Part shown: piece after piece, positions 37,478 to 51,624 of the stretch
Layout: each line of letters begins with the position of its first letter
How positions within the stretch are numbered: position 1 is the first letter of the stretch
Assembly: GCA_951406725.2 (NCBI GenBank)
Contig: OX597816.1
Span: 45,818,001 to 45,882,000 of the forward strand
Direction of reading: 5' to 3'
From: Octopus vulgaris
Lineage: Eukaryota
Length of the DNA stretch: 64,000 bases
Translations under genes and position numbers: made by a program
Notes under the pieces: model-generated
Database searches by the model: none
Told to the model about the DNA's origin: nothing
Seen by the model: only the letters and a program-made list of their open reading frames with translations

Positions 37478-39873
37478 TAAAGAGAGAGAGAGAGAGCATG
37501 TGTGTCTGAGAAACTTGCTTCCCAATCATGTGTCCTTGGGTCCAGTCTCACAGCAAGGAACCATGAACAAGTAACTTCTATATAATCTGAGGCTGACCAA
37601 GGGGTTATGTGAGAGGAAACTGGCAAAAGCCTGTCGCGCGCGCGCACATGTGCGTGTGTGTGTGTGTGTGTGTGTGTGGCTGCCTCCTTGTCTTGACATC
37701 GCATGAGAGTTGTAAACAAGAGTCACTGTCATTCAAGAGGTGTGTTTTCCAAGCTACCATAAAAACATATCTCATCAAGGGAAATATTACCTCATTTAGA
37801 AACAGGTTGGTGGGGGGATGACTGGAAGCACATCTGGTTCTAGGAAATCTGCCTCAACAAATTCCAGCCTACCCATGCAAGCATAGAAAAACAGACACCA
37901 TGATGATGATGATGGATTACCATCATTTTCATTTCTTGAGTTCAAATCTACTGCTTGTATTTTGTTCATATCTCCAGGCAAGAAAGATTATTTTACAGAC
38001 CCATTTCATCTATGATTGGAGAGCATATGTAGCAGATCATCTGGGAATGTTAGCACAGATAGACTAATACCTTAGTGGAGGAGATAGCTTGTCTCAATTA
38101 TTTAATATGACGGCGAGAAAAAGGGGGTTAAAAAAGGGTAGAAGAGAAAGGGGAATGAGATTGGGAGATAGAAAAGAAGGAAAGAAAGAGAAACAGAAAG
38201 GAAATGGGATTATATGGAATGAAAGAGAAAGAGAATAAATCAAGGGGAGGAGAGAATAAGATAAAGAAAGGGAGAGTGAATGAGGGAAAGAAAGAGTTAG
38301 AAAGAGAAAGAATTTGATGAAACAATGAATAACACAGGTTTATCTGTAAAGAGGTGTATTTTGGAGAAACACAGAGGTAATATGAGAGAGGAGGGAGAGA
38401 AATGAAAGGGAAGTTGGGAGAGAGGGAGGGAGAGAAACAGAAGGGAGGTTGGGAGAGGGCAAGATACAAGTGATAAAATACTCCAGAGCAGTAAAGCATG
38501 TCTCAAACAATGTATTTGTAAATTAAATATATGTTAGTTAGGATTATAATAATATAAAGAGAGTGATGGCAGTGGGAATATTGGTGGTGGTGGTGGTGGT
38601 AAAAATGGTGGCAGAGGAGAAGGGGTTTTCATGACAATGGTAATGCTGGAAACTAGAGAGTGTGTGTATGCAAACATGTGTACATGCACCTGGGTGCATA
38701 TTTGGTGACTGGGTGATGTGCGTGTTTGTGTATAAGGGAAATAGGTGTGTGTGTGTGTGTGTGTTATGTTTAGCATATTGCCGAATCCGTGTATATGCTG
38801 GTGGCATATGATGATGATGATGATAGCGAGCTGTTGATGATGCTTATAACAATGATAATGATAATGACTGAGAAAAGAATAACGATAATTGCAAAAGCCA
38901 ATTATAATTAATAGTGGTGACGTTTGTTGTTCTTTTAGCCCCCACCCCCCAAGGTAATTCCCAGACTATTCACATCTAATGTTGAAAACTATTTCAACAA
39001 GGACTATCCTGTCTTTTTTCTGCAATGCCAGAACTCAGCCCCACATTTCTGTTCTTGTTTTTTTTTTCTTTTGTTCTTCTTGCTTGTTTGTTTTTTTTAC
39101 TTGTTTTTTTCTAAAGACGGTAAAGTGTGATTTGAAGGAGATCTAACTGCTATTTCTAGAAGATCTAACACCCAGAGAGAGAGAGGTTCCTTTTCACTAG
39201 CTAGTTCATGGCTACAGCAGTGCTAAATGGTGGTGATAGCAGTGACAGTGACATCAGCTGAGTGTTAAATGGGGGGGGGGTAAGATAGTGAGAGGTCGGT
39301 GGCAGTGGTGGTGGCTGTTGTGGTGGGGCGGTGGGGGGGAGCCACAATGTGATCATATCATATATATCAAGTGCAGCGATTGTAAGGATTGCTTGCAGCA
39401 GTCAGTGCTTGCAGGGATGCACTGGCAGCACCGATAAAAGGTTGAATGAAACTGGTGGTGGTGGTGGTGGCAGGGGAAAATTGTGGGAACAGCAATTACT
39501 GTGGTGCTGTAGTGGTGTGTTGTGAGGTTATTGTTTAGTCTCCTACCCCCCAGGTCAATCCTGATTGAGCAGACATACGATCTGATCAAAGATATTGCAA
39601 CCATGACCATCATGTCTATATGTAGGAAACCCAGGACCACCTTATCCAGACATCATTCTTGTAAGACAAGAGGGTATGATTTGAAGGAGATTTAGTTGGT
39701 ATTTCTAGCAGATTGAGCAACCATGTAAAGGTTCCTTCACTGCCTTAAAGCTATCTGGTGGTATGGAGTGGAGTGGAGTGGTATGATGTAAATTAATGCA
39801 AATGCAGTGTGATATGCTTTCAAGTTCTGGCACAAAGCCAGCAATTTGGGGGACCTGGAAAGATCAATTAAAT

Positions 39874-40096
39874 CAATGGTTCTCAATTATATGCCTCTTG
39901 GGGGTTCATATAAGATTTTGCAGTTAAAAATTATGTTCACTAAAATGCTTTTAGATTTTTTATAAAAAATTCCTTAATATTTAATTATAAAAATATATGA
40001 TTTTTAAAACTTCAAATATGACCTCAAAGGGTCCTTCGAAGTAAAATAGGAATCGAAGGGGGTCCATAGGGGGAAAAAATGGTTGAGAATCATTAG
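39874..40096. mobile_element. hAT-type MITE
   Basis: CAATGGTTCTCAA ... GGTTGAGAATCATT termini; GGGGTCCAT subterminal motif shared with 49467-49792. Confidence 0.7.
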
Positions 40097-40120
40097 ATTT
40101 AGATCAACCCCAGTGTTCAG

Positions 40121-40426
40121 CTGGTACATAAAAAGCACCATCCGATTGTGGCTGTTGCCAGCCCCGTCTGGTCCCCGTGCCAGTGGCACGTAAAAAGCAC
40201 CATCCGATCGTGGCCATTTGCCAGACTCATCTGGCACCTGTGCAGGTGGCACATAAAAAGCACCCACTACACTCACGGAATGGTTGGCATTAGGAAGGGC
40301 ATCCAGCTGTAGAAACACAGCCAGATCAGACTGGGCCTGGCGCAATCTACTGGCTTCCCAGACCCCGGTTGAACCGTCCAACCCATGCTAGCATGGAAAA
40401 CGGACGTTAAACGATGATGATGATGA
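40121..40426 (+). mobile_element. RTE LINE 3' end
   Basis: Three AAAAAGCACC sub-repeats and (GAT)n tail. Confidence 0.9.
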
Positions 40427-41095
40427 AGTCAGAAGAATTTGAACTCAGAATGTATTATGATGTGATGTGACATGCCATGATGTAATGCGATGTTATATTA
40501 TGTGGCGTGACATGTGGTTGGTGTGTTGAAATGTGATGTGCTGTGGTAAGATGTGATGTGATGCAATGTAGTGCTATGTGGAGCAATAATGATGCAGTGT
40601 GGTGTGGTTGCAATGTTAAGCAAATGAAAGCAATAAAGCCAAATATTGCTCAACTGCAAACAAATTAATGTGCAGACCATGACAATTTTTTTCCTGTGTT
40701 TAAACAAGTGATTAGAATCTCTCTCTCTCTCTCCCTCTATCATCACACAAATCCATCACAACATCATTAACCCAACTAGTTATGGAATTTAGTTACAGAT
40801 GACGCACTCCAAGATAAAAGACCTTGATGCAGCAGTGAAATGGCGTGGCATTGAGACTAAGTAGGGTGAGTTATGTTCCTTGCTGCTTCTCATACCTCAT
40901 CATCATTTTAATATCCACTTTTCCATTCTTTCATAGGTCACATTTGGAATTCAGTTAGACAGGTCTTCTACAGCTGGAGACCCTTCCTGTTGTGAACTCT
41001 AACCAGTTTTCAAGCAAGATAATACTTCCCCATGCCCAGACTAACAAATGTTTTCCAACAGAGAAATTTATAAGATACCTTTGAATTTATGCACC

Positions 41096-41452
41096 TGAGC
41101 TGCTGCTGCTGCTGAGACCCCCTTCGGTCAAGACTGACCATGGGATTGCACCTAGAAAGTTACCCTCCGAGGTACAAGTCTGGGCAAGGTTGTTTATGAA
41201 AGACCAGCAGTTGTCCATGCATACTAGCCTCCCCTCTCCAAGTCACCAGTGTTACCCAAGGGAAAAGCAAAGGGGCCGATACAGCTTGGCTCTTGTGACA
41301 TCGCAACTCATTTCTACAGCTGAGTGAACTGGAGCAATGTGAAATAAAGTGTCTTGCTCAAGAACACAACACACAGCTGGGTCCGGGATTCAAACTTACA
41401 ACCTCACAATCGTAAGCTCAATGCTCTAACCACTGAGCCATGAGCCTTCACT
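41096..41452 (-). mobile_element. Full-length SINE: body Y + tail T4
   Basis: Head TGAAGGCTCATGGCTCAGTGGTTAGAGC; (CAG)n tail; 12-bp TSD AATTTATGCACC at 41084-41095 and 41453-41464; further copy at 62155-62463. Confidence 0.9.
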
Positions 41453-41519
41453 AATTTATGCACCAAAATGTACTTCCTCCAAAATCCACCGTAAGAAAAG
41501 AAACACTTGTGAATTGTTA

Positions 41520-42600
41520 CAGCAATGGACAAAGTATTAGCAGCATCACTTTTGGCATTTTATGTTGTGGGTTCAAATTCCTCCAAGGTCAAATTGGCCT
41601 TTCATCCTTTAGGAGTCAATAAATAAGTAGCAGTTTAGCACTAGGGTCAATGCTATCAACTTATTCCCTTCCCTAAAACTACTGGCCTTGTACCAAAATC
41701 TAAAATAAGGAAGGAAGCTGGCAAAACCATTAGCATACTGGACAAAATGCTTAGCAGCATTTCTTCTGTCTTCATGTTCTAAATTTATATTCCGAGGTCA
41801 ACTTTGCCCATGTTTTCAGAGTTGAATAATCCAAACTTCAAAGAATTCCTCTTAACACATGGCTATGATGCTCCCCCACAACTTCTGCCCATGGCCAGAG
41901 ATGCACATATCATCAGCAACTAAGGAACGTGCTCAAATGGTTACGGTCAAACAACTGACAAGCAAATCTGTAGTATTGAGCAGAATATTTGCTGTAGCCC
42001 ATATTTTATACCAAAACAAAACAATGTGCATGATAACACTTCCAATCAGTTGTACTGGGGTCAATATAATCGACTACCCCCCCAAAAAAAAATTTCAGAC
42101 TTTGTGCCTGTAGTAGAAAGGATTATCATTATCATTATTTGGCAATCTGGCAGACTCGTTAAAGCATTAAATACAATGCTTAGCAGCATTTCTTCCAGTT
42201 CATTATATTCTGAGTGCAACTAAACCCTTTCAGACATCAGTGAAGTAAGATACCAGTCATATACTGGGGGGGTCAATGTAATTGACTAGCCTCCATCTCT
42301 AAAATTACAGGCTTTGTGCCAAAGCTTGAAATTATCATCAATATTATTTTTATAAATGGATAAGGGGAGTGAGCTGGCAAAAATTAGTAAAGCATTGGAC
42401 ATAACAGTTTTATAGTAATTAGTTTCACTAAGCAATGATTAAACGAGTTCAAATTCTGCTGCAGATTGATTTTGTGTTAACCCTCTATGGTTGATAAATT
42501 AAGTGCTCTCTCTCTCAAGTTCCCCTACAAAAAAGGAAAATGTTGAAGAAAAATAATCTTTATGCCTAAATAAGTAGCCATTATTATTATCAGCATCACC
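41520..42600 (+). mobile_element. Cluster of about four degenerate family-B SINEs in the same orientation
   Basis: Recurrent GCTGGCA, GCTTAGCAGCATTTC, GAGTTCAAATTC and ACTGGGGTCAAT blocks. Confidence 0.7.
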
Positions 42601-44870
42601 ATATCTGCATCAGCATCATTATTGCTATTGTTTCATATTTTTAAGTTTTTCTTGAATTTATTTGTTTGTTAATTTTTTTTTTTTTTTAAATTTTTTTTTT
42701 ATTCATCATTCCAACCATTTTTCTTAATTCAATAAAAGACCAGGAAATTAATGGCTTTTGAAAATTGAAAAGTAAAATATAAAAAGAAAAAAATAACATA
42801 AATAAGGTAATGAAATGAGGAACATGCCTTTTGTTTAGAGAGAGAGGGGAAGGAGGGGGGAGAGAGAGAGAGAAGAACATTAACTGCAGACCAACAATTT
42901 TTGAGGTTGGAGGAAGGAATCGAAAGAGAATGGTAAGAGGATGGTGGGAGAGGTAATGGTGGTGGTTCCGTGGAGGAAACACATAAGGATGTTAAATTGT
43001 CACCATTACCACTACTATGTTGATGATGATGGCAATGATGATACTTGTGATAAAGAGCTGGGGTCTGGGGGGTAGCAGAGCAATGGGGGTGATAATGAAG
43101 GAAGCGTGGGGATTATGGCAGGCTTAAAATTTTTTTTCAATATATTTTTGATATTGTGTTTCATTATCATTTACAATCGAATGTTGTTGCTGGGCAGTTG
43201 TTGCTCTTGTATTTTGTGGAGAAGGGAAGCGCTGGGTAGAAGGCTATAACAGTGGCAAGAGATGGATATGGAGCGAGGGGGAGGGGGTATTCTCCCTTTT
43301 TTTCACGGGGGGGGGGGTGAGCAGTGTATAGGGTCAGTGAGACAGTAAAGATAATGAGACAGCAAGGGATGAATGCATTATAGGGAGTTGGGGGGGGGGA
43401 GATTTGGGCACAGGCGATGATGATATACAGCTTGCTAAGTTCACAGAAAAGGTGGGTAGCTATTATGAAGAGAGAGAGAGAGAAGATACACTGAATCTAG
43501 CCCCTACTCCTACAGCAGTACCACCACCATCATCATCAAGTGCAACTGATTCCAATTCCAGATTGGAACTATTTGTCATACTTAGCACATAAATCAATCA
43601 TAAACACCTTAAGAAAAGGCATAAATGACATCATGACTTAGCATATTCATCTCTCGGTGTGTCTGGTTTTACAATGCATGGCAGAGAGGCATGGTTACAT
43701 AGTTACAAAGTTTGCCTTCATTTTGCAACCACATGGATCCGAATTCAGCATGAAAACCTAGATGTCTTTTAGCATCACTCCAGGTCAATCAATGTCTTTT
43801 GAGTGGATTTGGTAGACAGAAATTGCAGAGAAGCCCATCATATACAAGTATGTGTCCATAAGGGCACATGCGTATGGCATTCAGGTTCAGCACATCACAC
43901 TAACTTATTCAATCCACTGGTTCCTGGAAGGACCCACTGAAGAATGTGGTCTTTGGTAATGTGAAAAGACAGTGGGAATAAGCCATAGCTGGAATGTCCT
44001 TTATCATACCTCCTCTCAAACAGAGGGGATATGCATGCTGCTAAACAACATCCAAAACAACAACAGCTACTTAGCTATCTTAATGCTTTTGTTACCATAT
44101 TTCTTTTGAAATACACTGGCTTTATTACAATTAATTTTGGAAATAGTGAAAAATTTAAATAACTTTGTCAATATTACGTTGGTGTTTTTTGGGACATAAC
44201 CTGAAATTTTGACTGAAGGTTTTAATTTAGATTACTTTAAAACAAGGAGTTTGTATCATAGAAGTTAAGAGCAGATTCCAGCAGGTTGGTACTATAAGGG
44301 TTACTGCTGAGCTGGGCATGTGATGCACTAAACCCTTCCACATCCACTCCAATTTGAAGGAATGTCATTTGAACACCACACCACCTACAAACTCAAGAGT
44401 TTCAAGGGACATCTCTCAGATACTCTGGGACACATCATCATTATTCAACTCTGTGGTCCTATGAGATTTCGGGTCTTTCGTTATCATCAGGTTCCATGCT
44501 CAGTTGACCCTACAACCCTTATTTTCAAAATGCATCTCTCAGATTCTTTGGAACATGAGGTTTTGGATCTTTCAATATTAGGCCCCTTGCTCAGTTGATC
44601 TAGTCAATATTGGTAAAATCCTAACTTGCACCCTAGCACCAACAAATCACAGAACTGCTCTTATAATTCCAAAGCCAGCCAGTTATTTTCTCTACAGCTT
44701 CCATAATGATAAGCATGCCTTGACCCTTTGCTCTACCAGTGATTCCAAACTCAGAGCTTTTGACAGTAAATGTGCTTTAAACTCCATCGACAGCCCACTT
44801 CAGTTGGTCCACAGCAAGCATGCATGCACCAGCCTTAGCTTCTTCACTGTTCTTGGTATTTTCACAAGCT

Positions 44871-45100
44871 TTAACCTTTTGGCATTCAGATTATTCTGTC
44901 AAATGTAATGTTTATTTATTCACATTGTTTTGAATTGATTATGCCATTATCTTGTAGCCTTGAGATTTCAATGATGTGATTGTTTATTTTTAGAATGACA
45001 TTGTAGGGTAGGTGTGAGAGGCCAGGACTGGCCAGTTTGGCCACTAAACAGGTAGAATATGTTGGCCTGGATATGGCTGGTTTGAATAACAAAGGGTTAT
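44871..45100 (+). mobile_element. TTAA MITE (M1)
   Basis: TTAACCTTTTGGCATTCAGATT ... AAAGGGTTA. Confidence 0.8.
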
Positions 45101-46716
45101 TAGCATGAAGAAAAAAATAACACTGATGATGTAAAGGACTGACTGGGATGACCCCTTTGGTCTGGAGAGATATTCAAACTGTAAATCATAGGAAGAAGGG
45201 AGACAAAGAAAAAGTAGTGAGAAAGAGGGAAGAGGCCTTTAGAAATGGGGATGAGAGAGACAGACAGACAGGGAGGGAGGGAGGGAGGGAGGTAGACAGA
45301 CAGACAGAGCTGATATGCAACAAGAATAATTTGAAAACTCTGAAGACAATTTGAATCAGAGAGGTTAGGTCAGTTGAGAGTGTTATGATGTAAATAGGTG
45401 GATGATGAAGCAGCTAAATAATATGGTTCTTTGTGCTTTTAATAAATTCACAAGGAAAATTTGGGTGGGACTAGGAGAACTTATGAAAGAGGGGAGGAGG
45501 AGCGAGCGAGAGACAAGCAGACCAGGAGAATGGTAAGATAGTGAAAAAAAAATCCAAAATGAACAAGTGAAACATAAAAAGGAAGGAGAGGAATAGAAAA
45601 AATAGAGAGAGAGAGAGGGGGGCAGACAGAGAGATAGGGGGGGACAGAAAGAGAGAGAGATAGGGGACAGAAAGAGAAACAGACAGACAAATAGAGAGAC
45701 AGACAGAAAGAGAGAGGGGGAGAGACAGAAAAATAGAGAGTATCATAGTAAAAAAAGCTAGGACTAAAGAGCGATAAGAATAAAGGGGGAGAAATAAAGA
45801 GAAATAGGAAGAGGGAGAGAAGAGGATGGAGAGAGAAATGGGGGGGTGAAAGAGAGAAAGAAAAAAAAGAAAAACAAGAGGGAGAAAAAGTGTGAATGAG
45901 CATACCTGAGGAGTTAAAAGTGAATTTTAACAAGCAGTGTTTGAAATCTGAAACACTTCAAGTCCATTGCCTGAGGCTGACCTGAAGACTCTTTAAACAC
46001 TTTCTTAACTGTGTTTAAATTATAATATGATTTCCAAAATAAACAGAGAATATTTGAAGATCAACACCTCTCAATTATTCAATGCCGCCAAGAGACACTG
46101 ATCTAATTTCCTTCCCACTACCACTATTAACTACAACATGGCTCTCATTTTTTTTCTTTTTTCTTCTTTGTAAATGTCCTCTAGCAGTAAACCATAGGCC
46201 TTTGTACATCCTCAAGTCTTTAGAGACAAGAGAAATTAACTGAAATAAATAAATGTATGAAATTACTTATGTGAATGAATCACAGAAATGTTTGAAGAAT
46301 ACTTGACAAGAGATAACTGTTTTGCTTGTATTTACTTCTTCATTATTTTTTGTTGTTGTTGTTTTGTTTTCTTTAAAAAACTTTACTCTTTTATCAAGTA
46401 TCATTAATTATATAACAAGATGTAATGATTGATGATGATAACAGCATTATGAGTAATATGAAGTACTTTAACCACAGGTCAGGTCAATCATGGCCAGGAA
46501 AGACCTAAGATCAAAGGCTAACTGTGATCATACCATCCTTTCTTGAAGTATTTTATATCTAGGACTATATCATCCAACCTATCTCTCCTCTCTCCCCAAG
46601 ATGGCTGAGCATAATTTGGAGAAGATTAAACTAATTAAGTTCTTACTGGAGAAAATAACTTTACAGCTTTGGATAGCTGGATACATTATAGATGTAGACT
46701 TTATGAGGCATTAAGC

Positions 46717-47242
46717 TACCGTAAATCTTCGAGTATAATCCACACTTTTCCCCAAAATTTAAAGGTCAAAATCCCTAGTGCATACTATATACAAGGTTAA
46801 AAATGAAAAATATTTTCTAAGCAATGTCCAAGTCTCTATTTGCTGTCCGGCAATGTCTATTCAAACGCATTTTGTGATGTCAGGTGCAAAAATACCTTAA
46901 GCTAAGCCTGAATGCAATGAAGTTATAAGAGAATCATCCATAACTTGCAATAAGCAACATTTATTAAAATAAAAGTATTCAGAACACAGAACAACATGTA
47001 ACAAAAACAATTTGCAAACATATTTACATTCCCATATAACAGTTAAGAACATCACCATTATTGTATTACGCATGCGCGGAAGTGTTTGTTCGACTAGGTG
47101 CTGCTGGCTTAATTACGCACGACTCAAGTTAGAGAAGGGATGCGTATTATACACAAGGTTTAGCTTTTTCAGAGGTACAGCCCTCCTAAAAATCCCCTCC
47201 GTATTATACTCAAGGGCAGACTATACTCGAGCATTTACGGTA
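46717..47242. mobile_element. Tc2/pogo-like non-autonomous DNA transposon
   Basis: TA-CCGTAAATCTTCGAGTATA ... TATACTCGAGCATTTACGG-TA TIRs; internal TATTATAC sub-terminal repeats. Confidence 0.85.
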
Positions 47243-48499
47243 CGCAAAACCAGGAGACCATTTCCTAAAAATATTACATCAGGTCTCACAAAAAATTGAA
47301 AACATACATTTTAATTATTTTGAAGCTCCGACAAATTATGTCTAAATCTGAGATGATATATCTGATCAAAATGCTATCTATACTTTCATAACAAGTGAGT
47401 GCACATTGGATGAAGTGCATGTGTGGTTTGTCTTTGTCTGCAAGTGTATGTTCTTTCCTTATCCTTTTACTGGTTTCAGCCAGAGGCTATTGTGTCCATG
47501 CTGGAGCATTTCCTTTAACCCTTCAGTGTTTAAATTGGCCATATCCAGCCCAAATATTCTACATGTTTTACATTCAAACTGGTGATATCTAGCCTCTCAC
47601 ACCTAACCTACATTGACATTCTAAAAATAAACAATCACATTATTGAAACCTAAACACAATAAGATAATGCATGATTAATTCTAAAAAGTTTGAGTGAAAA
47701 AGCATTACATTTAACAGAATAATCTGATCACTAAGGGGTTAAACATATAGCTCATTCCGGGGTAGGCCTGAACCACCACGAGCCTTTCAGTTAATAGCAA
47801 AATATTGCTAACCAATTGTATGAGTTTTGTGTGTGCTTGTGAAAGGTGAACATGTGTCTGTGTGTGAAGTGAGTGGAGGGGAGTGTTTTACCTTTATCTT
47901 TTACTTAAGTCATTTGACTGTGGCCATGCTGGAGCACCACCTTTTTTTTTTTTTTTTGAAAGAGAGAGAGAAACCAGGTTGTTGCATCAAAACAAAGGTA
48001 TTTGTCACTATACCAGTACTAGTTAGCCACAGCACCAGTGAATTGCAGGTACCTGCAGAGTTACAAAGTCACAGTTGAGCAATCAGCCAGAGGAGACAGA
48101 GAGAGGGGTCCAGGTAAGAAAGGAGAAGTGACAAGACAAGGTGAGAATAGAGAGGAGTGTAGAGAAAATATGAACAGAGACAGAGTGTAAGGAAGGAAGT
48201 AGAAAATATCAGGAAAAGTGGTAGAGAAGAGAGGGGTCAGTCAGATGTGAGGGATAGTGAGTAGTAATGAGTCAGTGAGATATATGGGAGGGGTCACTGA
48301 GAGAAAGATGAGGGAGTGGATATAAGAGTAAAAATAAGCACCTTTCTGAATGACAGCGATGTTAGAATCTCATATATATATAAGTTCAAAACCTTGGATC
48401 AACTGAGTCTACCACAATAATTACAAGACCAAAAGATGCTCTCAAAAGCTAATTTATTGTAAAATAAGATAATAATTCAGATTAACTTATGTCAGATGT

Positions 48500-48728
48500 T
48501 TAACTCTTTCATTACCAACCCAAGCTGAAACTGGCTCTGGCTCTGAGTACAAAACTCTTGTTTTCATAAATTTTGAATTAAAATCTTCCACCAAACCTTA
48601 GTCACAATTTATGTTCCTAACACTATCTGAATGATAACTAAGTTATTTTACTAAGTTCTTTGTTATATTTGAAATAATTGAAATAAACACAGAGCATCTC
48701 AAAATAAATACAGTAATGAAAGGGTTAA
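48500..48728. mobile_element. TTAA MITE (family M2)
   Basis: TTAACTCTTTCATTAC ... GTAATGAAAGGGTTAA; reverse complement of 61166-61392. Confidence 0.85.
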
Positions 48729-49466
48729 GAGATATTTTAAATTGTTTGAAACAAAATTAACCACAGCTCAATTAACCTGTGGTAAAAATTAACTAAAGCT
48801 CAACTGAACAGAAAGGTAACATTTAACAGGTAACTAAGCAGCAAGGGAAATCCCAGGATTCCAAGGAGAAATTTAAGAAATTCAGTTGGGAAATTAATTC
48901 CAAGTAAAGAATTTTTTTTTTTCTTCTCAAATTCATAGTTTTTGTAAAAATTATTTTTCTTAACATTGATTTTAAAGATGTTCATGTTTAAATATGGTAC
49001 AATAAATTATGTTGCCTACTTAATCCACTCACGTTTTGAGTCTGCCTGGGGTTCAATCCCACTGTAAGGCACTTTGGACAAGTGTAGTTACAACTTAGCA
49101 GTTCAGTTAAAAGAGGCTGATAGAACAAATAACAAACTTGAATAAAAAATAATTACTAGGGTTTGATTTGATCAACCAAACTCTTCAAGATGGTGCCCCA
49201 GCTACAACTGAAACAAGTGAAAAGAAAAAGGTAATAATATTTGTTTTTGCAGTTGTTGTTGGTGTTGTTGCTGTTTAACCTCGGGTTAGCCTTGGTTGAG
49301 TAAAGCTATCACCAAGCTATCAAAGGCATAAAGCCATCAAAGGCATTCAAGCTGTGATCATCCCATCTTTAATGTATCAATGACTAAAAATATATATGAA
49401 TCTTTAATGCATCAATGATTACATTAGCCTGGATACATATGTCTCATCTCCTAGCATCTTTTAAAT

Positions 49467-49792
49467 CAGTGGTTCTCAACCAGGGTCCATATAAGATTCT
49501 TGGGGGTCCCCACAACAAAATAGTGAATTGGGGATCTACAATAATACTTTAAGGGCCCCAGCAAAAATTTTGCTTTGGATATGTGCAGTGGTATTTATTG
49601 CAAGAAATAGTGAGGTTTCTTTCTCTAACATTTTACATAGTTCAACCTACACAAGTTAATGCACGAAAAACAAAATATGAATGTTGAAAGAAGTTTCTAT
49701 AAAACTAGTTTTTAAACGACAAATGGTTTTAGGGGTCCACCAAAGTAAAATAGTAATCAAAGGGGTCCATCGATAAAAAAATTGAGAACCCA
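49467..49792. mobile_element. hAT (Charlie/Buster-like) MITE
   Basis: CAGTGGTTCTCAAC ... TTGAGAACC TIRs; 8-bp TSD TTTTAAAT at 49459-49466 and 49793-49800. Confidence 0.88.
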
Positions 49793-51056
49793 TTTTAAAT
49801 GTTAAGTGTATGATGAAGGAGGTCTGGTTGCTATTTCTAGTAGGTTGTGAGACCTATCTTTGGTTCTTTGTGGGGAAAGAATGCTTAACCCAAGATGAAA
49901 TTCATCCAAGAGAGTAAAAGGTGTTCCAGCCAATCTGTATAATCCAAAGTGACCTTCATTTGTTCAAGACAGTAGAGTATGATTTCGGGTGGATTTAGCT
50001 GCTATTCCTAGCAAACTGAGCAACCATAGAGGTTCCATGAATGCTATAGTGATAGTATTTCTTAATTGACCACACACACACACACACACTCTTTCTCTCT
50101 ACCTTATTTACACACACACACACACACACGCGCGCGCGCATGCAAACTGATTGAGAGACAGTTCAATGAAGCGAACAAAATATAAGAGACACTCGTCAAC
50201 AAGATTAAGAATTCTTTTAATTTCTGAATGTTTTTATTTTATTTTTATTTTTAATGTTTCTTTAATGAGAATCAGTAAAAACAAGAATTGATGATTCATT
50301 TGTAAATTTTGGCCCACCACCACCAACAACAACAACAACTTTATCATATTCATTATCACCACACCATATTATCATTTACCACCACCACCACCTTACTCCC
50401 CTCCCTCAGATCACCAGCTATCACTATCACCACTACTACAACCGACATCACCAGGATCACTGATACCACGTGTATCATCATCATCATCATCATCATCACC
50501 AATAACATAACTGGCACTATAATCACCACTGCCACCTTAGTCCCAATACAGACTGTACATATGACACAACAGATCAAATAGACAAGATGGATTGTGAATA
50601 GGAGACCAGACATAAGAGACAGATGTGTCTGTGTATATGTGTGTGTGTGTGTATGTGTGTGGGGGGGATGCAGAAAGTGTCAATGAAGTAAGAAGATATA
50701 GGGAAAGAGCAGAATAAAAAAAAAAGGTAAATGAAATGGAGAGAAAGAAAAGAATAGGGGGGGGGGTAAAAGTAGAAGTAAGAGAGGGAGAGAAAGGAGA
50801 GGTAAAAGTTGGAAGGAAGACAGAAAGATGAGATAGGGAAAAAAGGGGGGGATAGAGGGTAGAAGAAAGAGGAGAGAGAGAGAATAGAGAATTGAAGAGA
50901 GAGGGGGAATAGAGGACAGGAGAAGAAAAAGTATGAAGGGGAGAGGGATAGAGTTTAAGGAGAGGAAAAAGGAGAACAGAAGATGCCAAAAGAAAAGGAC
51001 AAGGCAGAAAAAGAAGAGGAAGGAGACAAAAGAAAGAATAAGGATGTGCAAACACC

Positions 51057-51154
<98 letters not shown>

Positions 51155-51168
51155 TAGATGTCTCTTAT

Positions 51169-51373
51169 CTTACACTTTAGATTGCAGCAATGCTGGGGCA
51201 CCACCTTGAAGAATTTTTAGCCAAATGAATTGACCCCATGACTTTTTTTTTTTCTTTTTATAAGCCTGGTACTTACCCTATCAGTCTCTTTCTTTTACCA
51301 AACTGCTAAGTTACAAGGATGTAAACGAACCAACAGCAGATGTAAAGTGGTTGCGGGGAAAACACACACACAT

Positions 51374-51417
<44 letters not shown>

Positions 51418-51565
51418 ATATACATGATAGACTTCTTTCTGTTTCCATCTACTAAATCCACTCACAAGGCTTTGGTCAGCCCAAGGCTATAGTAGCAGAT
51501 ATTTACCTAAGGTGCCACACAGTGAGACTCGGCCCAGGGCCATGTAGTTGGGAAGCAAACTTCTT

Positions 51566-51567
<2 letters not shown>
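51169..51567 (-). mobile_element. Family-A SINE
   Basis: Reverse-complement consensus blocks; another degenerate copy at ~52218-52562. Confidence 0.8.

Positions 51568-51622
<55 letters not shown>

Positions 51623-51624
<2 letters not shown>

Noticed and set aside
43404-43592. 62-aa ORF with plausible composition
   Set aside because: Non-ATG start, includes (GA)n and (CCA)(TCA) repeats, no recognisable homology
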